Below, piece by piece: positions 17,934-26,573 of a stretch of 61,836 nucleotides of DNA (positions are counted from its first letter, which is position 1; the number at the start of each line of letters is the position of its first letter). The notes under the pieces were generated by a model. It did not search any database. It was not told the origin of the DNA and saw nothing but the letters and a program-made list of their open reading frames with translations. The position numbers and the translations under genes were made by a program. The stretch spans positions 973,377-1,035,212 of the forward strand of contig JAHJQF010000001.1 of the NCBI GenBank assembly GCA_018819405.1. Direction: 5' to 3'. The DNA comes from Patescibacteria group bacterium. GTDB taxonomy: Bacteria; Patescibacteriota; Patescibacteriia; UBA1558; GWA2-36-10.

Positions 17934-19517
17934 ATGGATTTTAAAAAACGGAAAATTAATCTTTTGGACGAGGCCAGTCAACATGGTATATACAATCAAG
18001 ACAGCTACCATGAACCTAGTAAAAATACTGGTCCGGCCATAAAAAAAGAAAAGAAAAAATCTTCAGGAAAAAGAAAATGTCTTTCCTGCTTTTTTATATT
18101 CCTGATTATTACATTCTTTACTATGGCCAGTATTGTTTCGGCTGATAACGATAGTTTCTTAGCCGGAGTAAAAAATAGTTATTTAGTTAGGCAAATCACT
18201 CATATAATATCTAGCAAAGAAAAATACCTAGAAGGAGAAAAAGAAGATAGAATAAATTTTGTTTTGATGGGTATGGGTGGCGAAGGCCACAATGGGCCGT
18301 ATCTGACAGACACGCTAATGATAGCTAGCTTCCAGCCAAGCACCAAAGAAGCCGCTATATTTTCATTGCCCCGCGATATGATAGTGCCTATTACTCCAGG
18401 CAATTACAAAAAAGTAAACTCTGTTTATACAATTGGCCAAAATAATGGTATTGGTGGCGGCCAATTTGTAAAACAAATTATCTCAGATACTTTTGACATT
18501 GATATTCATTATTTTGCGGCCGTAGATTTCCAAGGCTTTATAGAAATGATTGATGAAATCGGTGGTATAGATATCAATGTTGAGACATCTTTCGTAGACA
18601 ATCAATTCCCTACTTATGATGAAAAATGGCAATCCGTATCCTTTCAGGCAGGCTGGCAAAAAATGGATGGTATCACGGCTCTACACTATGCTCGTAGTCG
18701 GCATGGCAACCATGGAGAAGGTTCTGATTTTGCCCGTATCAAAAGGCAACAAAAAATTATCATCGCCGCCAAAGATAAGATGACTTCCTTTAATACTCTG
18801 ATAAACCCCAAAAAAATTACCAATTTGTTTTCTATGTTTAGTAAATATACCACTACTGACCTAGAGCCTTGGGAAGCTGTCAAATTAGTGCATCTAGCCA
18901 AAGACTTGAACACCCAAAAAATAGTAACCCAATCAATTGATGATCGCCCAGGTGGATATCTAAAATCTGGGATAGCTTTGGATGGCGCTTATATACTCCA
19001 GCCTACTACCGGAAACTTCTCTCAGATATCAATGCTTATAAAAAACATCTTTGATTTACAAAAAGTATCTGATGAAAATGCCAAGATAGTCATACAAAAT
19101 GGCACTACTGTACCTGGCCTAGCTTTGAAGGCTGTTAATTATTTGGATCAAATGGGGTATAATATAATAAGATATGGTAATTCTGAAGACCAAAGTAAAG
19201 TTTCTACTGTTATTTATGATTATACTGGCCAAAAAAATCAGACCAAAGAGTCTCTAGAAGCTATTTTCCAAAGCAAAACAAAAGACAAACCTCCTTTGGA
19301 ATTTTCTAGTTCTGTCATTGCTTCCAACTGGGGAATATATGATGATAATGGTGACCTAGACCAAATAGACTTTTTGGTTATATTGGGTCAAGATCAGATA
19401 GTAAATGAAGATATTGAAATAGTCACCACTATTGATCCCCTTCTCCTCAATACTTCTACTGCCAGCTCTACTGATGACACGACAAGTGAAGAAACTACTA
19501 ATCAAGAAGAGGAATAA
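17934..19517 (+). CDS. LytR/CpsA/Psr (LCP) family cell-envelope phosphotransferase
   Basis: 527 aa with an N-terminal TM helix and an LCP core (INFVLMGMGGEGHNGPYLTDTLMIASF, ALHYARSRHG). It has a LytR_C-like C-terminal part and an acidic/Thr-rich tail. Confidence 0.85.
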   Translation: MDFKKRKINLLDEASQHGIYNQDSYHEPSKNTGPAIKKEKKKSSGKRKCLSCFFIFLIITFFTMASIVSADNDSFLAGVKNSYLVRQITHIISSKEKYLEGEKEDRINFVLMGMGGEGHNGPYLTDTLMIASFQPSTKEAAIFSLPRDMIVPITPGNYKKVNSVYTIGQNNGIGGGQFVKQIISDTFDIDIHYFAAVDFQGFIEMIDEIGGIDINVETSFVDNQFPTYDEKWQSVSFQAGWQKMDGITALHYARSRHGNHGEGSDFARIKRQQKIIIAAKDKMTSFNTLINPKKITNLFSMFSKYTTTDLEPWEAVKLVHLAKDLNTQKIVTQSIDDRPGGYLKSGIALDGAYILQPTTGNFSQISMLIKNIFDLQKVSDENAKIVIQNGTTVPGLALKAVNYLDQMGYNIIRYGNSEDQSKVSTVIYDYTGQKNQTKESLEAIFQSKTKDKPPLEFSSSVIASNWGIYDDNGDLDQIDFLVILGQDQIVNEDIEIVTTIDPLLLNTSTASSTDDTTSEETTNQEEE

Positions 19518-19525
19518 TAATATTT

Positions 19526-20887
19526 ATGTCTAATTTATATAATGTAGCTATAGTTGGAAGAGTCAATGTCGGTAAATCTAGTTTATTCAACAAGCTAATC
19601 TCCAATCGTAAGGCTATCACATCATCAGTAGCTGGTACTACCAGGGATCGTAATTATGCTGTCTGCTCTTGGAGAGATATTGATTTTAGTTTGGTAGATA
19701 CAGGCGGACTAGAAAGACAATCTGATGATGACATAGATCAGCAAATAATAGAGCAGGCTAAAGTGGCTATAGATGAAGCTGATCTTGTTTTATTTGTAGT
19801 AGATACAAAAACAGGTATTATGCCAGCTGATAATGAATTGGCCAAGAGCCTAAGAAAATCCAACAAACCAATACTCTTGGTGGCAAACAAAGCAGACAAC
19901 CAAAGAACCAGACAGTCAGTCGCTGAATTTTACAAATTAAACCTTGGTGAGCCCTGGCCAGTGTCTGCTCTCAACGGTACTGGTACTGGTGACATGTTGG
20001 ATGAATTGGTCATAAAACTCAAAAAAATAAAGAAAAATAAAGTAAAGAAAACTTTTGATACAGATGAAAAAAAGATAAATGTTTCTATCGTTGGAAAACC
20101 AAATGTTGGAAAATCTTCCTTGGTAAATGCTATACTAGGAGAAAAAAGAGTGATAGTATCAGCTATTCCACATACCACTCGTGATGCCCAAGACATAGCA
20201 TTTAAATACAAAAATAATAAAATTGTTTTTGTCGATACTGCTGGTATGAGAAGAAGAAGTCGGAAGTCTACGGATCCTTTTGAAAAACAATCTGTTGATC
20301 AAAGCTTGGAAACCATCAAAAAATCAGATATTGCTATACTGGTTACTGATGTTTCCAAAAAACTAACTTGGCAAGAAAAACACCTTATTGATGAAGTATC
20401 AAGCTCCGGATTAGGTCTTATCATAATTGCCAACAAATGGGATTTGATCCCAGACAAAGACACCACCACTGTGCAAGAGTACAATAAGTACTACAAAGGT
20501 TTTTTTCCTTTCATTACTTGGGCACCAATTGTTTATATTTCAGCCAAAGACAATATCCGCATAAGCAAAGTCTTGGATTTGATTTTGGAAATACATGAGC
20601 AAAGAAATAAAGTAATTTCTGATACTATCTTGGATAAATTTTTGAGAAATATCATTAGAAAACATAAACCTTCTCGAGGCAAAGGCACTATGCACCCTTA
20701 TATTTATAGTCTTGTCCAGACTGGCAGTAATCCGCCTCGCTTTGCTATCAAAACAAACTTCAAATCTGATTTACATAGTTCATATTTGAGATTTATAGAA
20801 AACAATCTAAGATATAAATTTGGCTTTTCAGGCACTCCTGTCAAAATAAATGTAGTAAAAAGCCAAAATACTAAAGACAAAAAATAA
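19526..20887 (+). CDS. der: Ribosome-associated GTPase Der/EngA (two GTPase domains plus a KH-like domain)
   Basis: Two P-loops (GRVNVGKSS and GKPNVGKSS) and the DTGG/DTAG motifs. Confidence 0.95.
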   Translation: MSNLYNVAIVGRVNVGKSSLFNKLISNRKAITSSVAGTTRDRNYAVCSWRDIDFSLVDTGGLERQSDDDIDQQIIEQAKVAIDEADLVLFVVDTKTGIMPADNELAKSLRKSNKPILLVANKADNQRTRQSVAEFYKLNLGEPWPVSALNGTGTGDMLDELVIKLKKIKKNKVKKTFDTDEKKINVSIVGKPNVGKSSLVNAILGEKRVIVSAIPHTTRDAQDIAFKYKNNKIVFVDTAGMRRRSRKSTDPFEKQSVDQSLETIKKSDIAILVTDVSKKLTWQEKHLIDEVSSSGLGLIIIANKWDLIPDKDTTTVQEYNKYYKGFFPFITWAPIVYISAKDNIRISKVLDLILEIHEQRNKVISDTILDKFLRNIIRKHKPSRGKGTMHPYIYSLVQTGSNPPRFAIKTNFKSDLHSSYLRFIENNLRYKFGFSGTPVKINVVKSQNTKDKK

Positions 20888-20915
20888 CCTCTCGCTTGAC
20901 TCGAGACGAAAAACT

Positions 20916-21470
20916 ATGAGACTTTTTATTGCCCTGGGCAATCCAGACAAAGAATATGAGCACACCCGCCACAATTTTGGCTGGTTAGCTATTGATTCTT
21001 TGGCTACAAAAAAAGAATTAAATTGGACCAAAGATAAAGCTAGTAATAGTCTGGTAACCAGCTTCTTAAACGGCCGAGAAAAAATAATATTAGCTAAACC
21101 GCTGACTTACATGAATGATTCTGGTAAAGCTGTAAAAGCTCTAAAAAAATATTATAAACTCCCCACCAATAAAATAATAATTCTCCATGATGATGTGGAT
21201 CTGCTATTTGGCAAGATAAGACTTTCCAAATCACGAGGCGCTGGTGGTCATCGTGGGATAGAATCAGTAATCAAATATCTCAAATCCAAAGATTTTAAAA
21301 GAATCAGGCTGGGTATCGGCCCTCAAAAAGGTAAATCAGAAGAATTTGTCTTAAAAAAATTTAACTCTGAAGAAAAGAAAATGCTAACAGAAATAATTGA
21401 TACCAACTACCTGATAATAGAGACTCTTCTAGAAAAAAACTTTGACAAAGCGGCCAATAAATACAACTAA
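20916..21470 (+). CDS. pth: Peptidyl-tRNA hydrolase
   Basis: MRLFIALGNPDKEYEHTRHNFGW is the canonical Pth N-terminus. Confidence 0.95.
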   Translation: MRLFIALGNPDKEYEHTRHNFGWLAIDSLATKKELNWTKDKASNSLVTSFLNGREKIILAKPLTYMNDSGKAVKALKKYYKLPTNKIIILHDDVDLLFGKIRLSKSRGAGGHRGIESVIKYLKSKDFKRIRLGIGPQKGKSEEFVLKKFNSEEKKMLTEIIDTNYLIIETLLEKNFDKAANKYN

Positions 21471-21471
21471 T

Positions 21472-21519
21472 AAAAAAACAACCTTCGAGGTTGAATTAAC
21501 CTCGAAGGTTGTTTTTTTT
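21472..21519. terminator. Bidirectional intrinsic terminator between the convergent pth and pepA genes
   Basis: A-run, then a 14-bp perfect stem caaccttcgaggtt / aacctcgaaggttg (21479-21492 and 21498-21511), then a T-run. Confidence 0.85.
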
Positions 21520-23008
21520 ATATATAATTCAACCACTCTAGAAATGTCCTGACGCCAAATCCGACACCACCAGTAGGAACATAACTATTAAATGGTTTTT
21601 CTGCATAAGCTGGTGCGGCAATATCAATATGCGCCCAGGCTACATCGTCTTCCACAAAATATTTCAAAAACCAAGCAGCCAATATAGAGCCCCCCAAACG
21701 AGTGGTGCCTATATTTTTTATATCGGCAATTTTGCTTTCATTAAAATCCTTATACTCTGGTGCCAATGGCATTTGCCACAGGCTCTCTCCGGCCAAATTA
21801 GCCGATCTAAGCAAATCTTTACTTAACTTGTCATCTGAACTAAACAATCCCCCATACTGTGGCCCCAGAGCAAACATAATAGCTCCTGTCAAAGTAGCAA
21901 TGTCTACTATTTTTTTGATATCTTGTTTTTGGGCATAAGCCAAAGAATCTGCCAAAGTAACACGGCCTTCGGCATCGGTATGGCCTATCTCAATAGTTTT
22001 ACCTTGCATATTGGCCACCACATCCCCTGGTTTGATAGCACTGCCTGAGGACATATTTTCACAAGCAGCAATAATGCCGTGCACCTCTACCTTTGGTTGA
22101 AGCTTATCTATCACTGAAAATACTCCTAAGACAGCTGCCGCGCCACCCATGTCTATTTTCATCTGCTGCATACCTTCCCATGGTTTGACATTTAGTCCTC
22201 CGCTATCAAAAGTAAGCCCTTTGCCCACTAAGGCAATTTTGTCTTTTGCTCTTCCTTTTGGTTTATAAATTAAATGAATGAATTTTGGTGGCTGACTTGA
22301 GCCTTTACTAATACCTAAAAAAGCATCCATCTTCAGCTGAGATATTTTTTCCTTGTCAAAGACTTTGACTGTTATATTTTTATTGTTTTTGGCGATAGAC
22401 AAAGCCTCTTCAGCCAAAAAATTTGGCGTCATATGACCGGCCGGCTCGTTGACCAAATCACGGCCTTTGGCTGTGCCCTGGGCCATCAAACGACCAATCT
22501 CAAAACCAGCTCTAAATTTATAAGCCTGTTTCTCAGCCGAATAAATATATAACTCTTTAATGTCTACTTTTATTTTACTTTTATCGTTTTTTTTATATTT
22601 TACAAATTCATAATTAGCCAAATACAATCCCTCGGCTATAGATTGAGCCAAACGAGCTGCGTCGCCAGTCCCTTTTAGCCAATATTTTACATCCAGACCT
22701 ACTTTTTGAGCACTATATTGTCTTAAATAAATAATTATATTTCCGGCTAATTCACGCCATTCCAAAGGGCTTAGTTTTTTTTCTTGGCCAGTACCCAAAA
22801 TTACCACTGATTGATTGTCATCATGTATCACAAAACTCTGACCAAGCTCGGCCGTAAAATTTTCTCTTTTTAGCCTTTTTAAAATTGATTTTTCATCATC
22901 ATAAGCAAGACTGCTTATCAATTTTTCAGCTTGCCCCTTAGCGGTCAAAACAGGAAAAAACAATATTTCAGCCTGTTTATCCTCCAACTGGGAAAATACT
23001 AATTCCAT
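21518..23008 (-). CDS. pepA: Leucyl aminopeptidase (M17)
   Basis: 496 aa with the M17 signature HTDAEGRVTLAD and VGKGLTFDSGG. Confidence 0.93.
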   Translation of the reverse strand: MELVFSQLEDKQAEILFFPVLTAKGQAEKLISSLAYDDEKSILKRLKRENFTAELGQSFVIHDDNQSVVILGTGQEKKLSPLEWRELAGNIIIYLRQYSAQKVGLDVKYWLKGTGDAARLAQSIAEGLYLANYEFVKYKKNDKSKIKVDIKELYIYSAEKQAYKFRAGFEIGRLMAQGTAKGRDLVNEPAGHMTPNFLAEEALSIAKNNKNITVKVFDKEKISQLKMDAFLGISKGSSQPPKFIHLIYKPKGRAKDKIALVGKGLTFDSGGLNVKPWEGMQQMKIDMGGAAAVLGVFSVIDKLQPKVEVHGIIAACENMSSGSAIKPGDVVANMQGKTIEIGHTDAEGRVTLADSLAYAQKQDIKKIVDIATLTGAIMFALGPQYGGLFSSDDKLSKDLLRSANLAGESLWQMPLAPEYKDFNESKIADIKNIGTTRLGGSILAAWFLKYFVEDDVAWAHIDIAAPAYAEKPFNSYVPTGGVGFGVRTFLEWLNYI

Positions 23009-23082
23009 ATATAAATCTATTAACTAATAAGTTTTGTAATTTAACACGAAAAAACCCTATTTGTCCAGTTTTTTAGACTAAT

Positions 23083-23110
23083 TTGACAAAATTATAATCT
23101 ATGCTATACT
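23083..23110 (+). promoter_or_regulatory. Sigma-70-like promoter of the TrpR-like gene
   Basis: TTGACA (23083-23088), a 16-nt spacer, then TATACT (23105-23110). A small palindrome ctttagtcaactaaag follows. Confidence 0.5.
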
Positions 23111-23131
23111 TTAGTCAACTAAAGTAAACAT

Positions 23132-23446
23132 ATGGAAAAATACAACAAAAAAACCGAAAATCTTATAGATGCTATTTTGGCTCTAAAAAATTCAACCGAA
23201 GCCAAGCGCTTTTTACGGGATCTTTTGACTAGTGCAGAAATAGCTGAATTTTCCAATCGCTGGCAAGCTGCTCAAATGCTTAATAAAAAAATACCCTATA
23301 CTGAAATTATAAAAAAAACTGGCTTAAGCTCTACTACAGTAGCTAGGATATCAAAATGGTTAAATGGCAATGTTGGTGGCTATAGATTGATGATAAATAA
23401 ACTAAACCACCACAACAATCCTCTCCCTGGGAAAGGATTACGTTGA
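23132..23446 (+). CDS. TrpR-like YerC/YecD family DNA-binding protein
   Basis: 104 aa. LRDLLTSAEIAEFSNRWQAAQML...GLSSTTVARISKWL is characteristic of the YerC/YecD family. The gene ends in TGA. Confidence 0.85.
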   Translation: MEKYNKKTENLIDAILALKNSTEAKRFLRDLLTSAEIAEFSNRWQAAQMLNKKIPYTEIIKKTGLSSTTVARISKWLNGNVGGYRLMINKLNHHNNPLPGKGLR

Positions 23447-23473
23447 TATTTTATATTTGATTTATAAACGTAG

Positions 23474-23500
23474 CCCCTTCCCGAGTGGGAAGGGGTTTTT
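23474..23500 (+). terminator. Intrinsic terminator after the TrpR-like gene
   Basis: ccccttccc-gagt-gggaagggg followed by ttttt. Confidence 0.8.
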
Positions 23501-23547
23501 GATCTGCCCAAAAGGTCATAATACTATCCTTTGCAAAGGAGAACAAC

Positions 23548-23772
23548 ATGTGTCAGAGAGAAACGCTTAGATTTGAATCAATCGAACAGGTCAAACAACA
23601 CTACTGGTCTGGGGAGATTGATCTGGAAACAGCACAAATTCTGGCTGGGATGCTTACTGTCCATAGCCCCTGCCAGATTATTTCTGACGGAAAGGAGTTC
23701 TTGATCTTCAAAAAAATTGAGGACTCAAATCCTCAATTTGACGATTACCCTGAAGTAGACCACGGTTATTAA
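23548..23772 (+). CDS. Orphan small protein (74 aa) in G+C-richer micro-island A
   Basis: SD AAAGGAG (23536-23542) lies 5 nt before the ATG. The gene has its own flanking terminators. No family recognised. Confidence 0.55.
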   Translation: MCQRETLRFESIEQVKQHYWSGEIDLETAQILAGMLTVHSPCQIISDGKEFLIFKKIEDSNPQFDDYPEVDHGY

Positions 23773-23776
23773 AAAT

Positions 23777-23821
23777 CTAGACTCAGAGTCTAGTCCCAGT
23801 TCTCATGAGCTGGGTTTTTTA
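23777..23821. terminator. Double-hairpin bidirectional terminator
   Basis: ctagact-cag-agtctag, then cccagttctcatgagctggg plus T6. It overlaps the stop of the minus-strand gene at 23819. Confidence 0.7.
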
Positions 23822-24274
23822 TATCCAACCAAAATCTATACCAAAAATTTTGAACAGCAAAAATACAAGAAAAGCCAAACGAATTGGCAATATCAGATGA
23901 ACTTTTGTTTTGGTGTTTATAAAAGTAAGAATTATATTTAAAATAAAAAAAGGTAGCCACAAAAGAGGTGAATAAATAGCTATTATCAACTCTCCTAATC
24001 TGTCACATACAATATCTACCCAATAGCCGTGCCTGGTCGCTCTGTTATATTTGCGGGCAATGACCCCATCAAACCAGTCAAGAAGTAGTGACAAAAACAC
24101 AAAAATAAAAATCCACCAATCCAGAGGATACAAAAAAGCAAAAGCCAAAACAAAAACCGATATAATGGATACTATGTCAGGATTGATATTTGGCAGTGGT
24201 ACTCCTTCCATCACAAAACTGTCCAGCCATTTACGAAATCTTATCATCCAATAATATTTTACAGGGGTATTCAT
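23819..24274 (-). CDS. CDP-alcohol phosphatidyltransferase family protein (short form)
   Basis: 151 aa membrane protein with the motif DWFDGVIARKYNRATRHGYWVDIVCDRLGE, which fits D-x2-DG-x2-AR...G-x3-D-x3-D. Confidence 0.8.
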   Translation of the reverse strand: MNTPVKYYWMIRFRKWLDSFVMEGVPLPNINPDIVSIISVFVLAFAFLYPLDWWIFIFVFLSLLLDWFDGVIARKYNRATRHGYWVDIVCDRLGELIIAIYSPLLWLPFFILNIILTFINTKTKVHLILPIRLAFLVFLLFKIFGIDFGWI

Positions 24275-24296
24275 AATATTATTAATTATAAATTAA

Positions 24297-24329
24297 ATCA
24301 GCCGGCGGCGCAAAGCGCCGCCGGCTGAT
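24297..24329 (-). terminator. Strong GC hairpin terminating the secE-nusG-rplKA operon
   Basis: atcagccggcggcgc-aaa-gcgccgccggctgat with T-rich sequence downstream on the minus strand. Confidence 0.8.
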
Positions 24330-24349
24330 TTTCTAAATAAAAAGTAAAA

Positions 24350-25036
24350 TTAATTCATTTGCAGTTTAATACTAGGCCCCATAGAAGAAGTCAAATATAG
24401 AGACTTCAAATAAGTGCCTTTCACGCTCTGTGGTTTTGACTTTCTCAAAGAATCAAAAAATACATTAAAGTTTTCTACCAACTGAGCATCATCAAATGAT
24501 ATTTTGCCAATACTCAGATGAACATTAGCATTATTATCATTTTTGTATGACACCTTACCTTTTTTCAGTTCGGAAACCATCTTAGTAACATCAGGGCCAA
24601 TAGTACCAGTTTTAGGATTTGGCATAAGGCCTTTTTGTCCCAAAATCTTGGCCACCACAGCCAACTTTGGCATCATTTCTGGAACTGTGACAGCAATGTC
24701 AAAGTCAGTTTTAGAAGTCTTTTTGATTTCTTCAATCAGCTCTTGGCCGCCAGCAATATCTGCACCAGCCGCTTTGGCTTCTTTGACTTTATCTTCTGGT
24801 ACAAAAGCCGCTACCTTAACTGTCTTGCCAGTACCGTGTGGAAGGACAACTGAGTTTCTGATAATCTGATCACCTTTTTTTGGGTCAATACCCAAATTGG
24901 CATGCACTTCAACTGAAGCGTCAAATTTTACTTGACTAGTTTCTTTGACCAATTTGACAGCTTCTTCAATGCCGTAGACTTTATCAGCTTCAATCTTGGC
25001 CCTAGCTTCTTTCAAACGTTTACTTATTTTTGCCAT
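24350..25036 (-). CDS. rplA: 50S ribosomal protein uL1
   Basis: 228 aa with a canonical L1 sequence. Confidence 0.97.
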   Translation of the reverse strand: MAKISKRLKEARAKIEADKVYGIEEAVKLVKETSQVKFDASVEVHANLGIDPKKGDQIIRNSVVLPHGTGKTVKVAAFVPEDKVKEAKAAGADIAGGQELIEEIKKTSKTDFDIAVTVPEMMPKLAVVAKILGQKGLMPNPKTGTIGPDVTKMVSELKKGKVSYKNDNNANVHLSIGKISFDDAQLVENFNVFFDSLRKSKPQSVKGTYLKSLYLTSSMGPSIKLQMN

Positions 25037-25051
25037 ATTATTTATTATTTG

Positions 25052-25090
25052 CGAGGTTCAAACGCTCAGCCGACAAGATGAGCTCCCTTC
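25052..25090 (-). promoter_or_regulatory. Structured leader hairpin upstream of rplA (candidate L1 autoregulatory site)
   Basis: mRNA sense: AGGgaGCTCAtcttgtcggcTGAGCgtttgaaCCT. It has the same architecture as the hairpin at 25541-25577, with compensatory changes in the inner stem. Confidence 0.45.
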
Positions 25091-25096
25091 TAAAAA

Positions 25097-25522
25097 TTAT
25101 TCCTCTATCTTTACGCCCATCTGACGGGCAGTACCAGCAATTATCTTTTTAGCAGCTTCAATATCATTGGTGTTTAGGTCTGGCATTTTGGCCTGAGCTA
25201 TCTCTGTCAACTGTGTCTGAGTAAGCACACCAACTTTTTGCTGCAAAGGTCTGCCTGATCCGCTTTTGAGGTTTATCTTTTTCTTTATCATCTCAGAAGC
25301 TGGAGCAGTCTTTAATACAAAATTAAAAGTCCTGTCCTCATAAATTGTCATCTCTACCGGGACAACTTCTCCCATCCTGTCTTTGGTAGCTTCGTTGAAC
25401 TGAGTACAAAAAGCTTGGATATCCAAACCATGTGGACCGAGCGCTGTTCCAACCGGAGGAGCTGGTGTAGCTTTACCTCCTTGAATTTGTAATTTGACAA
25501 TTTGTTTGATTTCTTTTGCCAT
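25097..25522 (-). CDS. rplK: 50S ribosomal protein uL11
   Basis: 141 aa with a canonical L11 sequence (PPVGTALGPHG). Confidence 0.97.
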   Translation of the reverse strand: MAKEIKQIVKLQIQGGKATPAPPVGTALGPHGLDIQAFCTQFNEATKDRMGEVVPVEMTIYEDRTFNFVLKTAPASEMIKKKINLKSGSGRPLQQKVGVLTQTQLTEIAQAKMPDLNTNDIEAAKKIIAGTARQMGVKIEE

Positions 25523-25540
25523 AAAATTTTATTATTTTGT

Positions 25541-25577
25541 GAGGTACAAACGCCAGTTCAACTATCTGGCTCCCTCA
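25541..25577 (-). promoter_or_regulatory. Structured leader hairpin upstream of rplK (candidate L1 autoregulatory site)
   Basis: mRNA sense: GAGGgaGCCAGatagttgaaCTGGCgtttgtaCCTC. Confidence 0.45.
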
Positions 25578-25585
25578 GGATTATT

Positions 25586-26131
25586 TTATAATTTCTTAAT
25601 TTGTAAAAAGTCTAACTCAACTGGAGTTTCACGACCAAACATGGAAACAAGCACTTTGGCTTTGCCTCTAGCTTGGTCAATATCGGAAATTTTACCTTCA
25701 TAATCTTTGAATGGTCCATCAGTAATCTTGACCACATCGTCAATATCAATATCAATCTTAAACTCTGGTTCTTCTTTGCCCATTCTCTGCATCAGTTGTT
25801 TTATCTCCGCCTCTGAAACAGGAGTAGGAGTAGTACCAGAACCCACAAAACCAGTAACATTTGGAGTGTTTCGGACGACATACCAAGAAGCATCAGTCAC
25901 CACCATATTTACCAAAACATAACCGGGAAAGATTTTTTCTTTGACGGTTTTTCTTTTACCATTTTTGATCTTTATCTTGGTTTCAGTTGGAATCAAAACA
26001 TCAAAAATTTTATCTTCCATATCCATAGATTCAATCCTCTGCTTGAGATTGCGAGAAACATTTTCTTCATATCCAGAATAGGTGTGTAGGACATACCAGC
26101 GTCGACCTTGTTGTGCTGTTTGCTTTGGCAT
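25586..26131 (-). CDS. nusG: Transcription termination/antitermination factor NusG
   Basis: RWYVLHTYSGYE N-terminus and a KOW domain. Confidence 0.95.
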   Translation of the reverse strand: MPKQTAQQGRRWYVLHTYSGYEENVSRNLKQRIESMDMEDKIFDVLIPTETKIKIKNGKRKTVKEKIFPGYVLVNMVVTDASWYVVRNTPNVTGFVGSGTTPTPVSEAEIKQLMQRMGKEEPEFKIDIDIDDVVKITDGPFKDYEGKISDIDQARGKAKVLVSMFGRETPVELDFLQIKKL

Positions 26132-26152
26132 ATTTTTATTATATAAAAATTA

Positions 26153-26332
26153 TTAAATCAGACCTTCTAATGCTTTACTCAAACCTAAGTCAACTAACCC
26201 CAAAAATAAAGCGACCACCAAAGATACACCAATCACCATCAAAGTGTGATTAATAGTAGTTTGTCTACTTGGCCAAACTACTTTTGATAATTCTTCTTTA
26301 GCGCCTATTAGATAGTTTGCGAATTTATTCAT
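26153..26332 (-). CDS. secE: Preprotein translocase subunit SecE
   Basis: MNKFANYLIGAKEELSKVVWPSRQTT... followed by one TM helix. I trim the ORF-track start (26374) because the extra 14 codons read through the inverted-repeat element. Confidence 0.85.
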   Translation of the reverse strand: MNKFANYLIGAKEELSKVVWPSRQTTINHTLMVIGVSLVVALFLGLVDLGLSKALEGLI

Positions 26333-26412
26333 CCCGTTAGAAATTATAGTTAAATTAATTCTCCAATATTTCACTTTATGTATCCCGCCAGCAAACGTGA
26401 ATTTCTAACGGG
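26333..26412. repeat. CCCGTTAGAAAT...ATTTCTAACGGG inverted-repeat element, copy A, abutting the secE start
   Basis: 12-nt perfect arms at 26333-26344 and 26401-26412. The first 18 nt are identical to copy B at 37819. Confidence 0.8.
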
Positions 26413-26474
26413 ATTCATATTTTTAGAAATAAAGGTTTTTTAAAACAGCTCGTTTGGCTGTTTATTGCGCGCTA

Positions 26475-26504
26475 ACTATAGCATATAAAAACTACTTGTG
26501 TCAA
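26475..26504 (-). promoter_or_regulatory. Sigma-70-like promoter of the secE-nusG-rplK-rplA operon
   Basis: Minus strand: TTGACA (26504-26499), an 18-nt spacer, then TATAGT (26480-26475). Confidence 0.55.
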
Positions 26505-26514
26505 GACTACAGGC

Positions 26515-26541
26515 AAAAAGCCCTGAATTTCAGGGCCTTTT
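26515..26541. terminator. Bidirectional intrinsic terminator
   Basis: A5, then gccctga-att-tcagggc, then cttttg. Confidence 0.7.
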
Positions 26542-26573
26542 GACTAAAACTAAATAATTTTATACAAAATATT

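Noticed and set aside
26333-26374. N-terminal extension of secE (MKYWRINLTIISNG), and likewise the atpC extension at 40030-40071
   Set aside because: Both extensions are translations of repeat elements. The conserved protein sequences begin at the internal Met.
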